64,000 nucleotides of DNA from Ilumatobacteraceae bacterium (GCA_041394645.1 JAWKHV010000007.1:38879-102878), one strand, 5' to 3'; counted from the stretch's first letter, positions 51,601 through 61,395 are shown. A program made the numbers and translations. The notes: generated by a model from the sequence alone, not told the origin.

Positions 51601-52198
51601 TCAGGTCGTCACCGGCCGACGTGGGATCGCGACTGGACCGAGGAGGAGCGGTCGAACCTCGGCCATACTCCTTGGTGAACGGGTTCGGCACCGGATGGCG
51701 CAATTCACCCAGCCGAAACCGGAGGACGTACCTCGCCATCCGATGGACGCCCAGCGACTCGTCAACGTGGCCGTCATCGCGTCGTCGATCGTGGCGTTGA
51801 TCCTGCTCCTGCTGGCGCTCCTGCCGGGTCGAGCGCTCGGCGGTTCCATTCCCGGGCCAGGATGCCAACCGGTACGGAGATCCGAGCACCGTGCTGTCGC
51901 CGTGGTCGTGCTGTTCGGGATCGGTGCCGGCCCGGTCCCGACGATCGCAGCCGCGGCGGCCATCGTCGTGCTCGACGGCATGACGTTGCGGTTCACGATG
52001 GCGTGGGTCAGACCGGTGTTGGTGCTCGTGGCGGCGGTCGGTCAAGCGATCAACGCCTTGGGACCAGACCGCGAACGGTCAGCTCGCCACGTGGTCGATC
52101 CCGCAGTGGACGACCGTGATCGGCTGGACAGGCGTCGCGATGCGATCACGACCTCGATCTCCAACGAGCGGTCCACCCGCCTGCGCAGCCAGCTCTGA
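48658..52198 (+). pseudogene. Second AftD-like (DUF3367-type) arabinofuranosyltransferase copy, extensively decayed
   Basis: Collinear fragments match the intact copy at 33921-38314. LWFGTLAAAAGLGVIHL matches LWLGTILFAAALGARW. TRALPLVSLALAVALGVG...VPEYWLRAAAVLNSP...AVLELPG matches TRAVPLTVLGLALGAG...VPSAWYDAAAALDAR...RTLQLPG. LDPDAVAPLARMMGVDD matches VEPDSIAPVARLLGADS. ITSNGYGSPSQLQPEFRTAQAFDGDPLTVWAAG matches ARATGYGGPSSARPEDQPQYAIDGDPATAWRV. VNGFGTGW...RWTP plus the TM tail also align. There are many frame changes. The 5' boundary is approximate. Confidence 0.65.
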
Positions 52199-52859
52199 AC
52201 GGCCCCGGCCGGGCCAGACTCGTCTCTCAGCGGTCAGGCGAGGATGCTTAGGCGCAGCGGCATCCGGCTCCACGATCCGCGCGGAGGTGGCGCGCCGACG
52301 GTCGCCACAACCGTCGGCCGCCAGGCGAACGGGAGAGGCGAAGGTCCATTCGGCGTCGCGTCGGCGACGCTCGGAGATCGCGGATGGGGCAGGTGGTTCC
52401 CGGTCGGCAGGCGACGCCACTTGATACCGCTGCCGGAGATCAGATGCTCCGTCGACCTCGATGACGTCGGCCCGACTGTAAATCGTTGGGATGCGAAGGC
52501 GCAGTGCCCGTCCCACGGTCCGAGGAACTCGGCGTTCCATGACAGCCACGACCGGACCGCGCCATGACGACGGGCGATGACGTGGATGCCGCCCACTCAA
52601 TCCGTCCCATCGCGTTCGGCACCGCGGAGATCGATCGGGAGCCGCCGCATCCGCGACGCCGATTCGTCCGACGGACGGCTGGGTAGGTACCGATCGTGCC
52701 GGAGCCAGGTCGCCCGACACCAACGGTGGGGGCACCAGCTCGCCCGCTCAGGAGCCAGTCGAAGCCTCGTGAGCCGCGCCATCGCTCGCCGCGACGACGA
52801 AGCCCGTCCGGGACGGTCGCCGTCGCTGCCCACTCCGTGCCCTTGGAGATCGTACCTCG

Positions 52860-55415
52860 TCCTCGCCGGCACGACCGATCCGTCGGAGACCACTCCCCGG
52901 AACAAGGAATCAGCCGCGCCGCCGCCGCGACAGGCCTGTAACGCGGGGTCCGGTGCGGTCACGGCGAGTTGGCGGAGGTCGATCAGCTGTCCGGGATAGC
53001 CCGGACGAAGTCGCCTTGACAGCGATTCGGTCGCTACCATGTCGGCATGTCCGGTTCCAGCGGCCCAGCCGTGGGCGACCGCGGCGAACGTGGCGTCCGG
53101 CGCTCGCTGCGGCACGAGACTCGCCGCGTCTCGGCCGCTCGGGCCTGCTGGGAGATCGCCGATCCGCCGCCAGCGCTTCGCCAGTTCGGGGCCAGAGGCC
53201 ACGGTTCCAGGAGGAGGCTCGGGCTGCGGTACTCGTACGTGAAGCACGAGACCCGATCACCGGCCAGCTCGGCCGGCAGCGCCAACCCGTCCAGACACCC
53301 CGCTCATGCACACTCCCGACGAAGCAGGTCGCACTCGTGGAACGTCCGGGCGAGTGTTTCGCCGGCCGCGGTGAGCGCCAACCATCGACGTACCCCAGCT
53401 CCTGCGAGGCAGGCCAGGCACCCGGTCGAGGCGACGGTGAGCGTTCCGGACGAGAGCCTCGATCGAGGTGCTGCCAGCCGCTCGATCGCCGCTCGAGGGC
53501 ACCGCGCGCCGCGCGCGGCGGCGCGCTCGTCGAGATCGGGTCGGCGGCGACCAGGTGGGCCGGGCGGCGCTCGATGCGCCGCCAGCCGGCGCGGGACCCG
53601 CGTCGCCAGATCGACGTCGCATGCTGACGGCGGGCGGCGTAGCGGCGGAACGAGTCGCGGTCGGGGCGAAGGAGCGTGGGGAGTTCGATCCGGGTCGGGG
53701 CCACGAGCGGACGAGCGGTGTCGCCGTCGTCGAGTGATCGTGAGCGGCTGACGCCGTTCAGTCCGGACCTCGGCGAGGCGAGCCTGGCCGCCGTTGGGTG
53801 GAGTGACTGGTACGACTGGCCGCGATAAAATGGAGCTCAGGAGCACCACGACATCGCCGGGCCAGGAGGCCCGAGCAGGAGCAGGTCCTGCCGGCGTCCG
53901 GCCGCGGCGAGCGCCGAGCGGGCGGCGACTCCTGGCCGCGAGGAAGTCGAACGTCGCCGAGCAGGCTGGCGGCGTCCGGCGTACCTCGTCGAGCTGGCGC
54001 TCGCCCAGTTATCGGCCAGCGCTGCGATCGCACCACGCTCGGTCCGGCCTGGAACTGGGCAGAGGTTGCCGAGCAGAGCGGTGAGCCTCGGCGTGATCTC
54101 GGTGCGCACGAGGTTGGCAGCCATATTGTGGGTGGGCTTGAACGCCGAACGAGGGATGATCGGTACGGTCGCCAGCTCGGCGATCTGCTCGAAGGTGACG
54201 AACGGGCTCCACAACACCGCGTGGCCCAGATCGTCGATCCGCACCGCCCGACCGCCCGGTCCAGCTGGGTGAACTCTTTGGCGTCAGAACTCGTGATGGT
54301 CGCCGGTGAACTTGTTCGCTTCTCGATGACGACCGTTGGGCCAGCATGTTTGATCCCCACCGCAGGGTCAGTGGCGGGAACGGCGCGCACCAGGCCCGCG
54401 GTGAACAACTCCTCCACGGTCTCCTTGAACGCCGGGACCATGCCGGCGTGGTGGGCGGTGAACCCGGCCTCCGGCCGATTCCAGGAACGCCTCGTAGTCG
54501 AGGGCCTCGGGTCGATGGATCGAGCAGCGCCAGCCACCGCTCGACGTTCGGATCGGGCCCGCTGGTCGTCGTCGGCGAGCACGAGACCGGCGGCGAGACA
54601 CGAGCGGACGGCCTCATCATTGCTTGCGGCTGAAGATGAAGCAGATCGCCAGCGTCTGCTCCTGGGCCGAGGCGGGCGACGGTCTCGCCGCGCGACGGCG
54701 TGAACAGCGGACGCCGCGGTCGACGCTCAGCTCGCGCCGTGAGGGTGAGCGGGGCGTCGGGTCCGTAGGCCTCAGGGTTGGGCTGGTTGCGCACCAGGAT
54801 CAGGGTGAGGCGGGGCCGGGAGGCGCTGCGATCGCCCACGAGATGATGGATGACCGGACCGGGCGCTCGCGTTCCACGATGCGCCTCAGTCGGGCCGTGG
54901 ACCGCATCGATCCTCGGCGAGCTCGTCGGCGTTGGGCTGGTGCCGGCCGAGCCACGGGCGACCGAACTCGGGAGGGTGGATGATCACCTCACCCTCCCCA
55001 CCGAACGCGGTACGTCATCCTGGAGGTGGTCACCTCGTCGAGGACCGAAGGCCGTGGTCAGGCGCAGGAGTTAGCTGACACGCTTATATTTACGCTTAAC
55101 ACCTCAGTCGTCATGACCACGATGTCGCGTCGCCGTTGATGTTGTTGTCGCCGGTCGGCCCGACCCGGTCCGAGCCGTGGCGAGCACACCAGGTCCCGGT
55201 ACTTCTGGTCCGGACAGCGCATCCGATCAGCGCAGTGGCGAAGCTTGAGCATGTCGGCGACCGCACCCAGGCCACGGCGTACTCGGCCACCTACGGTCGC
55301 CTTCCGGTCGGCGCGGCCACCAGCACCGACGACCACCGTCGAGCGTCAACCACCTCGAAGGCAGGTCGGATCGAGGGAAGTCGTAGCCGAGCAGCGCGTC
55401 GCGGTCCGCTCTCAC
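52860..55415 (-). pseudogene. helY: Ski2-like DEAD/DEAH RNA helicase HelY, decayed (frame changes, stops and substitutions in conserved motifs); the 3' boundary is approximate
   Basis: The GTG at 55415 lies 2 nt after the tatC stop. Collinear fragments are RADRDALLGYDFP, VLVAAPTG..(broken Walker A)..VAEYAVA, ALS..QKYRDLV, GDNNINGDA, IVVMTTEVL, VLDEV, ICFIFSRK, TAHHAGMVPAFKETVEELFTAGLVRAV, TVVIEK, GHAVLWSPFVTFEQIAELATVPIIP..SAFKPTHNMAANLV, SAQFQA and the DSHCT-type end FAAVAHGWAAGTGHADMV...QLIDLRQLAVTAPDPAL...AADSLFRGVV. Confidence 0.8.
55071..55103. other. Anomalous AT-rich patch with a 7-bp direct repeat inside helY
   Basis: The sequence is ttagctgacACGCTTAtatttACGCTTAacacc. ACGCTTA occurs at 55080-55086 and 55092-55098, separated by tattt. 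The patch replaces the expected RNMLY codons directly after VVMTTEVL. Confidence 0.6.
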
Positions 55416-55417
55416 CG

Positions 55418-56159
55418 TCAGGTCGTTTCGGCCTTGGCCCGCCGTCGTTGCACGAACATCCCGATGAGCGCGGCCACGAAGTACAGGGCGATCATCGGCA
55501 CGGAGAGAGCAGCGAGGCTGATCGGATCGCCGCTCGGCGTGATGATCGCGGCCAGAGCGACGATCCCGACGATCGCGTACCGCCAAGCAGACAACATCTG
55601 GTACTTGAGCACCCCGACCGGCTACCGAGGAACACGAGCAGGACCGGGAACTCCATCCCGACCCCGAACGCGGCGATCATGATCCCCACGAACCGCACGT
55701 ACTGGGAGATCTGGAACGCCTGACGGATGTCGGCGCCGCTGAAGGAGATCAGGAACTGAAGCGCCTTGTCGAGGGTCCAATAGGCGATGAACCCGCCCAG
55801 CAGGAACAGCACGATCGAGGAGAACACGAACGGCAACGCGTACTGCTTCTCCTTCTTGTGCAGACCCGGCACCACGAAGCGCCAGGTCTGCCAGAGGATC
55901 ACCGGCAGGGCCAGCGACCCCGCCGTAGAAACCGACACCGACATGCGGGTCGAGAAGCCTCCGTCAGGCTCGGAGATGAACAGCCGTTGTTCTCGCAGTT
56001 GAGCGAAGCGTCCTGGGCGCAGATCCGGTTGTAGGGCTCGGACAGGAAGTTCAGGATCGGCCGGTACAGCGCCATCACGATGATGAAGCCGCCCACGATC
56101 GCGAGCACCGACCGGATCAGCCGCATCCGCAGCTCCGCCAAGTGCTCGATCAGGGTCAT
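55418..56159 (-). pseudogene. tatC: Twin-arginine translocase subunit TatC with two frame changes (near 55985 and near 55620)
   Basis: The first piece is MTLIEHLAELRMRLIRSVLAIVGGFIIVMALYRPILNFLSEPY. The second is LFISEPDGGFSTRMSVSVSTAGSLALPVILWQTWRFVVPGLHKKEKQYALPFVFSSIVLFLLGGFIAYW...MEFPVLLVFL. The third is VGVLKYQMLSAWRYAIVGIVALAAIITPSGDPISLAALSVPMIALYFVAALIG. The three pieces lie in three frames. Confidence 0.85.
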
Positions 56160-56209
56160 GTGATCGTCGGGGTGCGGGCGATCGGACGTGGTTGCGCCGC
56201 CAGGCAACT

Positions 56210-56713
56210 TCATGCGGACGGATCCTCGGCAGGGGCGGCAGGGGCGGGGCCGGCAACGACCGGTCCGGAGCAGCGCCGACCGGCGGCGCATTCCTCTCGC
56301 CGGGGGCATGTGAGCCGCCGGACCGAGCCCCGCGAGCTGTCGGCCGGTGCGGCCCCGCCGGCCGCTTCGCCGGCATCGCCCGGCTTCGCCATGTCACTGG
56401 GCTTCGCCGTGTCACTGGGCTTCGCCGTGTCACCAGGCTTCGCGGGAGCGGAGGGTTTGGCCGCCGCCTTCGGATCGAGAAAACACGCCGCCGCAGGTCG
56501 GCGTTCTGGCGCACCAGATCGGCCGTCGCCTGCAGCTCGCGCATCGGCTCATCGATCACGTTGCGCAGCTCGCTCTGAAAGCCGTTGAGACCTTCTTCAC
56601 CTCGCCGTGAGCTGGGAGAACTTCCGGATCGCCTCAGGCAGCTTCTCCGGGCCCAGCACGATCAGGGCCAGGATCACGAGGATGATGATCTCGCTGCCCT
56701 GGACATTGAACAC
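56210..56713 (-). pseudogene. tatA: TatA/TatB-family twin-arginine translocase protein with a long Pro/Ala/Lys tail and about two frame changes (near 56600 and near 56450)
   Basis: The GTG at 56713 gives VFNVQGSEIIILVILALIVLGPEKLPEAIRKFSQL (TM plus hinge). The amphipathic helix GEVKKVSTAFQSELRNVIDEPMRELQATADLVRQ lies in the next frame. The tail DPKAAAKPSAPAKPGDTAKPSDTAKPSDMAKPGDAGEAAGG... lies in the third frame. Confidence 0.75.
56375..56446. repeat. 18-bp x 4 tandem repeat encoding AKP(G/S)D(T/M/A) units in the TatA-like tail
   Basis: On the plus strand: atcgcccggcttcgccat / gtcactgggcttcgccgt / gtcactgggcttcgccgt / gtcaccaggcttcgcggg. Confidence 0.75.
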
Positions 56714-56806
56714 GGCGCGAGGCTACCGGGTCCGGACCGCCGCACTGGCTCAAGGATGCACATCCCGCCCAGCCCGGCGGGCGGGTCGGTCTGGCATCAT
56801 CGAAAG

Positions 56807-57530
56807 GTGCAACGGATCCTCACCGCTCGACCCCCGATCACCTTCGCCCACCGGGCACGCGACCGCAGCGAGAACACCCTGGAGGCCTTCGCCCTCGGCC
56901 TCCGCCTCGGCGCATCCGGTCTGGAGCGACGTCTGGGTCACCGCGGACGGCGTCGCGGTCCTCGATCACGACGGTGTGGTCGGCGGTCGCTTCGCACGGA
57001 AGCGGTCGATCACCACGGTGCGGCGCGACGAGCTTCCCGACCACATCCCAACGCTGGTCGAGCTGTTCCAGGAGTGCGGGACCGAGTACGACCTGTCCCT
57101 CGACCTGAAGGACGATCGCGCCGGGCCCGTGGTGCTCGAGACCGTGTCGGAGCACGCCCCGGACCTGCTCCCCCGGCTCTGGTTGTGCGATCCGTCGTGG
57201 GAGCGTCTCGTCGCGCTGCGCGAGCGTTCGGCCGAGGTGCGCCTGGTCGACTCCACGCGGCTGTCACGGATCAAGGAAGGGGCCGAGCGGCGGCTCGCCA
57301 CGCTCGCCGAGCATCGCATCGACGCCCTCAACATGCATCACTCGGACTGGAACGGCGGCCTGGTCAGCCTGGCTCACCGCTTCGGTCGCTTCGCATTCGG
57401 CTGGGATCTCCAGCAAGACCGTGTGCTGCACACCGGCTTGCGGATGGGGCTCGACGCAGTGTTCTCCGACTACGTCGACCGGATGCGCAGCGCCTTCGAC
57501 GTCCAGATCGGCGCCGGGCCGCCGGCCTGA
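56807..57530 (+). pseudogene. Glycerophosphodiester phosphodiesterase (GDPD) family protein with one frame change near 56925
   Basis: The GTG at 56807 gives VQRILTARPPITFAHRARDRSENTLEAFALGLRLGASGLE. The next frame continues SDVWVTADGVAVLDHDGVV...IPTLVELFQECGTEYDLSLDLKD...LDAVFSDYVDRM. Confidence 0.75.
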
Positions 57531-57531
57531 C

Positions 57532-58157
57532 TCAGAGCCAGCGCCAGTGGCCGCGAGGCCAGATCACGATGAACGCCCGACCCACGATGAGATCGTCGTC
57601 GACATAGCCCCAATAACGGCTGTCGAAGGACTGCCCGGAGCGTCGGTTGTCGCCCATCACGAAGTAGGAGTTCTCGGGAACGGTCACCGAACCGTCCTGG
57701 TCCGGGTCGACCTCGTTGCCGGGCGGCTCCGTGCACTGGTCGTCGGTGTACGGCTCCACCAGGCGGCTGCCGTTCACGTAGACCGAGCAGTCCCGGAACG
57801 ACAGCTCGTCGCCGGGAAGACCGATCACTCGCTTGATGAGGTCTTCGACGTCGTCGCTACCGAAGTTCACGCCCGCCGGCTTCTCGAACACGATCACGTC
57901 GCCCCGGTTCACGTCGTGGAGGCGATACGAGAGCTTGTTGACCAGGATCCGGTCGTCGGTCGCGAGGGTGTCGAACATCGAGTCCGACGGGATGAAGAAC
58001 GGTGCAATGGCGAAGCTCCGGATCAGGATGGCCACGCCCAGGGCGACCACGATCACGACCAACCATTCCCGGCTGCCCGCAATGGACCTCCGCTGGAGGA
58101 CGGCCGGGGTTCGGCGGGTTCGGCCTCCAGGCCGGGATCGGTGAGCTCGTTCGACAT
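57532..58157 (-). pseudogene. lepB: Signal peptidase I; the N-terminal cytoplasmic segment is out of frame with the body (frame change near 58090-58105). The body ORF 57532-58062 is intact.
   Basis: The body has the TM anchor WLVVIVVALGVAILIRSF, the catalytic Ser box IPSDSMFDTL, the Lys box GDVIVF...DLIKRVIGLPGD, and then FVMGDNRRSGQSFDSRYWGYV. The upstream ATG at 58157 gives MSNELTDPGLEAEPAEPRPSSS in another frame. Confidence 0.8.
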
Positions 58158-58190
58158 GCGAAGGATCGCCGTATCGCTTGCCAGGGTCGA

Positions 58191-58207
58191 GTCGGGATCA
58201 GCCCGAC
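58191..58207. terminator. Weak hairpin downstream of pafA
   Basis: GTCGGG-atcag-CCCGAC forms a 6-bp stem 9 nt after the pafA stop. There is no U-tract. Confidence 0.2.
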
Positions 58208-58215
58208 CACGATCC

Positions 58216-59574
58216 TCACAGCGACGCGATCAGCTTCTCGACTCGCTCGTCGCGGCTCTTGAACGGGTCCTTGCACAGCACCGTGCGCTGAGCCTGATCG
58301 TTCAGCTTCAAGTGGACCCAGTCGACCGTGTAGTCCCGCTTGCGTTCCTTGGCCCGGCGGATGAACTCGCCGCGCAGCCGAGCGCGGGTCGTCTGGGGCG
58401 GGGTGTCGACGGCGGTGGCGATGTCGTCGTCGGTGCACATCCGCTCGACCATGCCCCGGTCCTGCAGCTTGTAGAAGAGGCCGCGATCCCGGCTGATGTC
58501 GTGGTACTGCAGGTCGAGCAGCTGCACCCGAGGGTCGCCGAGCTCGAGGCCGTGCTTGGCCCGGTAGGACTCGATCAGGCGATGCTTGATCACCCAATCG
58601 ATCTCGCGGTCGAGCTTCAGCGGATCGTTCTCGATGCCCGTGACGCAGTGCTCCCACATCTCGAGCGCCTTCTGCTCCTGTGGCGGCAGTCCTCGGGCGT
58701 CGGCGAAGCGCAGTGCCCGGTCGAGGTACTCGCGCTGGATGTCGAGCGCCGAGACCTCCCGGCCGTTGGCCAACCGGACGGTACGCCGGCACGTCATGTC
58801 GTGGCTGATCTCACGGATCGCCCGGATGGGGTTCTCGAGCGTCATGTCCCGCAGCACGACCTGGGGCTCCTCCAACATCCGCAGCATGATCGCCGCCGCG
58901 CCGACCTTGAGGAACGAGGTGTACTCGCTCATGTTCGAGTCGCCCACGATCACGTGGAGGCGTCGGTAGTGCTCGGCGTCGGCGTGGGGCTCGTCGCGCG
59001 TGTTGATGATCGGGCGCGACCGGGTGGTGGCGGACGAGACCCCCTCCCAGATGTGCTCGGATCGCTGGGCGATCGAGTACATCGGTCCTCGAGCCGTCTG
59101 CAGGATCTTCCCCGCCCCGGCATAGATCTGGCGCGAGACGAGGAACGGGATCAACACCGCGGCGTAGTGGCTCAGATCGTCGCGCCGACTGGTGAGGTAG
59201 TTCTCGTGGCAGCCGTAGCTGTTCCCGGCCGAGTCGGTGTTGTTCTTGAACAGGTAGATCGTGCCCCGGATCCCCTCTTCCTGGAGCCGTTGCTCGGCCG
59301 ATACGAGGAGGCTCTCGAGGATCCGCTCGCCGGCCTTGTCGTGCACGACGAGCTCGTACAACGAGTCGCACTCGGGGGTGGCGTACTCCGGGTGGGAGCC
59401 GACGTCGAGATACAGCCGGGCCCCGTTGTGCAGGAACACGTTCGACGATCGGCCCCACGAGACGACCCGGCGGAACAGGTACCGCGCCACCTCGTCCGGG
59501 CTGAGGCGTCGCTGGCCGCGCAAGGTGCAGGTGACCCCGTACTCGTTCTCGAGGCCGAAGATCCTGCGCTCCAT
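58216..59574 (-). CDS. pafA: Pup--protein ligase
   Basis: This is an intact 452-codon ORF. Family segments are [58 protein letters not shown] and DWVHLKLND. The ligase-type C-terminus distinguishes it from the Dop paralogue at 61396. Confidence 0.9.
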   Translation of the reverse strand: MERRIFGLENEYGVTCTLRGQRRLSPDEVARYLFRRVVSWGRSSNVFLHNGARLYLDVGSHPEYATPECDSLYELVVHDKAGERILESLLVSAEQRLQEEGIRGTIYLFKNNTDSAGNSYGCHENYLTSRRDDLSHYAAVLIPFLVSRQIYAGAGKILQTARGPMYSIAQRSEHIWEGVSSATTRSRPIINTRDEPHADAEHYRRLHVIVGDSNMSEYTSFLKVGAAAIMLRMLEEPQVVLRDMTLENPIRAIREISHDMTCRRTVRLANGREVSALDIQREYLDRALRFADARGLPPQEQKALEMWEHCVTGIENDPLKLDREIDWVIKHRLIESYRAKHGLELGDPRVQLLDLQYHDISRDRGLFYKLQDRGMVERMCTDDDIATAVDTPPQTTRARLRGEFIRRAKERKRDYTVDWVHLKLNDQAQRTVLCKDPFKSRDERVEKLIASL

Positions 59575-59583
59575 GCGGTCAAG

Positions 59584-60384
59584 CTAGCTGCATGCCCGTC
59601 CGCCAGCGCGGCGCGAGCAACGAGGATCGCGTGACGATCTGATCAACGGTTCGGTGTGATCGACGCTTCCGTGTGATCGACGGCCCGGTCGGCGATGGGT
59701 CCGTTCAGCCGGCGCGCAGCGCGCGACCTGCTCGTCGTGGAGACGCTGGAAACAACGACGCCCGTTGGTCCGGGCCAGCGTGGCCACTTCCAGTTCGCGG
59801 TCTTCCAGGGTTCGATCCGGTCCCGCCAGCGCCGTCGCACAGGTCTGGACTGCGATCGACAACGCCATCGCGTCGGTGAACGCCTCGGTCATCCGGCCCG
59901 TGATCGCATCGGCGTCGCCGCCCAGGACCGAGAAGTCCCGCTCGTCGATGACGGTGCCGTCGTAGAGGATGTGGAACAACTGGTCCCCGGCCGGCTCGTG
60001 GCCGACTTCGGCGACGAGGATCTCGACCTCCATCGGCTTCATCTCGTGGGTGAAGGTCTGCCCGAGGATGTGGCCGTAGTTGTTGGCCAGGCTCTGGGCG
60101 TCGACGTCCTCACGCGAGTACTGGAAGCCCTTCAGGTCGGCGGCACGCACCCCGGCCACCCGCAGCTGGTCGAACTCGTTGTAGCGACCGACGCCGGCGA
60201 AGGCGATCCGGTCGTAGATCTCGCTCACCTTGCGCAGGGTGTTCGACGGGTTCTCGGCCACGATGACCACGCCGTCGGCGTAGCGACACGCGATCAGGGC
60301 GCGGCCCCGGGCGATGCCCTTCCGGGCGAAATCCGCCCGGTCCTTCATCATCTGTTCCGGCGGAACGTAGAACGGCATGCTCAT
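59584..60384 (-). CDS. prcA: 20S proteasome alpha subunit
   Basis: The ATG at 60384 overlaps the prcB stop (ATGA). The protein reads MSMPFYVPPEQMMKDRADFARKGIARGRALIACRYADGVVIVAENPS...YDRIAFAGVGRYNEFDQLR. The last approximately 45 codons are R-rich, so the exact C-terminus is uncertain. Confidence 0.85.
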   Translation of the reverse strand: MSMPFYVPPEQMMKDRADFARKGIARGRALIACRYADGVVIVAENPSNTLRKVSEIYDRIAFAGVGRYNEFDQLRVAGVRAADLKGFQYSREDVDAQSLANNYGHILGQTFTHEMKPMEVEILVAEVGHEPAGDQLFHILYDGTVIDERDFSVLGGDADAITGRMTEAFTDAMALSIAVQTCATALAGPDRTLEDRELEVATLARTNGRRCFQRLHDEQVARCAPAERTHRRPGRRSHGSVDHTEPLIRSSRDPRCSRRAGGRACS

Positions 60385-61178
60385 CGCTCGGCCACCTCTG
60401 CGGCGATGGTGCGGTAGCGATCGGCGAGCTCGGCGTCGTCGATCCGGCGGAATCCGTCGGCGGTCACGCTGGCGACGACGGGATAGATGCCCCGCAAGGC
60501 GTCGGGGCCGCCAGTGGCCGAATCGGCATCGGCGGCTTCCCACAGCGACCGCAGCACCAGGTCCACCGCGGCGTCGCGGTCCTGGTCCGACCGGAAGCCG
60601 ATCTTGATCACGGTGCCGGCGTGGAGGCTGCCGGAGCCGGTCGCGACGTACTCGCGCTCCTCGTAACGTCCACCGGTGACGTCGAAGGCGAACAACCGGC
60701 CTTCGTTTCGCCGCATGTCGTACCCGGCGAAGATCGGGACGACCACCATGCCCTGCATCGCCGCCGGGAGATTGCTCCGCAGCATCATCGAGAGCTGGTT
60801 CGCCTTCCCATCGAGGCTCAGCTGCGATCCCTCGACCTTCTCGTAATGCTCCAGCTGGAGCTGGAACAGCTTGACCATCTCCATCGCCGGGCCAGCCGCA
60901 CCGGCGATCGCCACCGCCGAGTGACGATCGGCTTCGACGACCTTCTCCATCGTGCGATGCGAGATCAGGTTCCCCGACGTGGCCCGCCGATCCCCCGCAA
61001 TCACGACTCCGTCGGAGCAGCGAACGGCCACACAGGTGGTGGCATGGGGAACGGACAGTCCGTCGGAGTTGGCCGCAACGGCCGGAGGCTGCAACCCGAT
61101 GCGCTGCAGGAGCGCCGGGAAGTTGGGCCCCGGGTCGTCGCCGGGGGTGAAGAACGGCATCGACATAGCGCCCGTCAA
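60381..61178 (-). CDS. prcB: 20S proteasome beta subunit (propeptide plus catalytic Thr)
   Basis: The processing site context is LSVPHA/TTCVAVRCSDGVVIAGDRRAT. The ORF is intact. Alternative ATG start at 61166 (MSMPFF). Confidence 0.9.
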   Translation of the reverse strand: MTGAMSMPFFTPGDDPGPNFPALLQRIGLQPPAVAANSDGLSVPHATTCVAVRCSDGVVIAGDRRATSGNLISHRTMEKVVEADRHSAVAIAGAAGPAMEMVKLFQLQLEHYEKVEGSQLSLDGKANQLSMMLRSNLPAAMQGMVVVPIFAGYDMRRNEGRLFAFDVTGGRYEEREYVATGSGSLHAGTVIKIGFRSDQDRDAAVDLVLRSLWEAADADSATGGPDALRGIYPVVASVTADGFRRIDDAELADRYRTIAAEVAER

Positions 61179-61189
61179 CCTACCGGGTG

Positions 61190-61384
61190 CTACTGGCCGC
61201 CCTTCTGCACGTAGGACTTCACGAACTCCTCGGCGTTGGATTCCAACACTTCGTCGATCTCGTCGAGCAGGTCGTCCAGATCAGCCTTGAGCTTCTCGCC
61301 CTGCTTGGAAGCCGCGGGGGCTTCCTCGACGGTCTCGTCACTGCGGCTGGTCGTGGACTTCTGCTTCTGTGTGCGCTCTGCCAT
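61190..61384 (-). CDS. pup: Prokaryotic ubiquitin-like protein Pup
   Basis: This is a 64-codon acidic ORF. It ends in ...LDEIDEVLESNAEEFVKSYVQKGGQ, the canonical GGQ C-terminus. Confidence 0.95.
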   Translation of the reverse strand: MAERTQKQKSTTSRSDETVEEAPAASKQGEKLKADLDDLLDEIDEVLESNAEEFVKSYVQKGGQ

Positions 61385-61395
61385 GGATGAGCCTC

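Noticed and set aside
55071-55103. The AT-rich patch considered as an insertion sequence or MITE
   Set aside because: It is only about 33 bp, with no terminal inverted repeats and no transposase in the window. It is kept only as a possible footprint in the findings.
57421-59634. A 737-codon plus-strand ORF
   Set aside because: It is antisense to lepB and pafA, both of which show textbook motifs. Its own translation is low-complexity.
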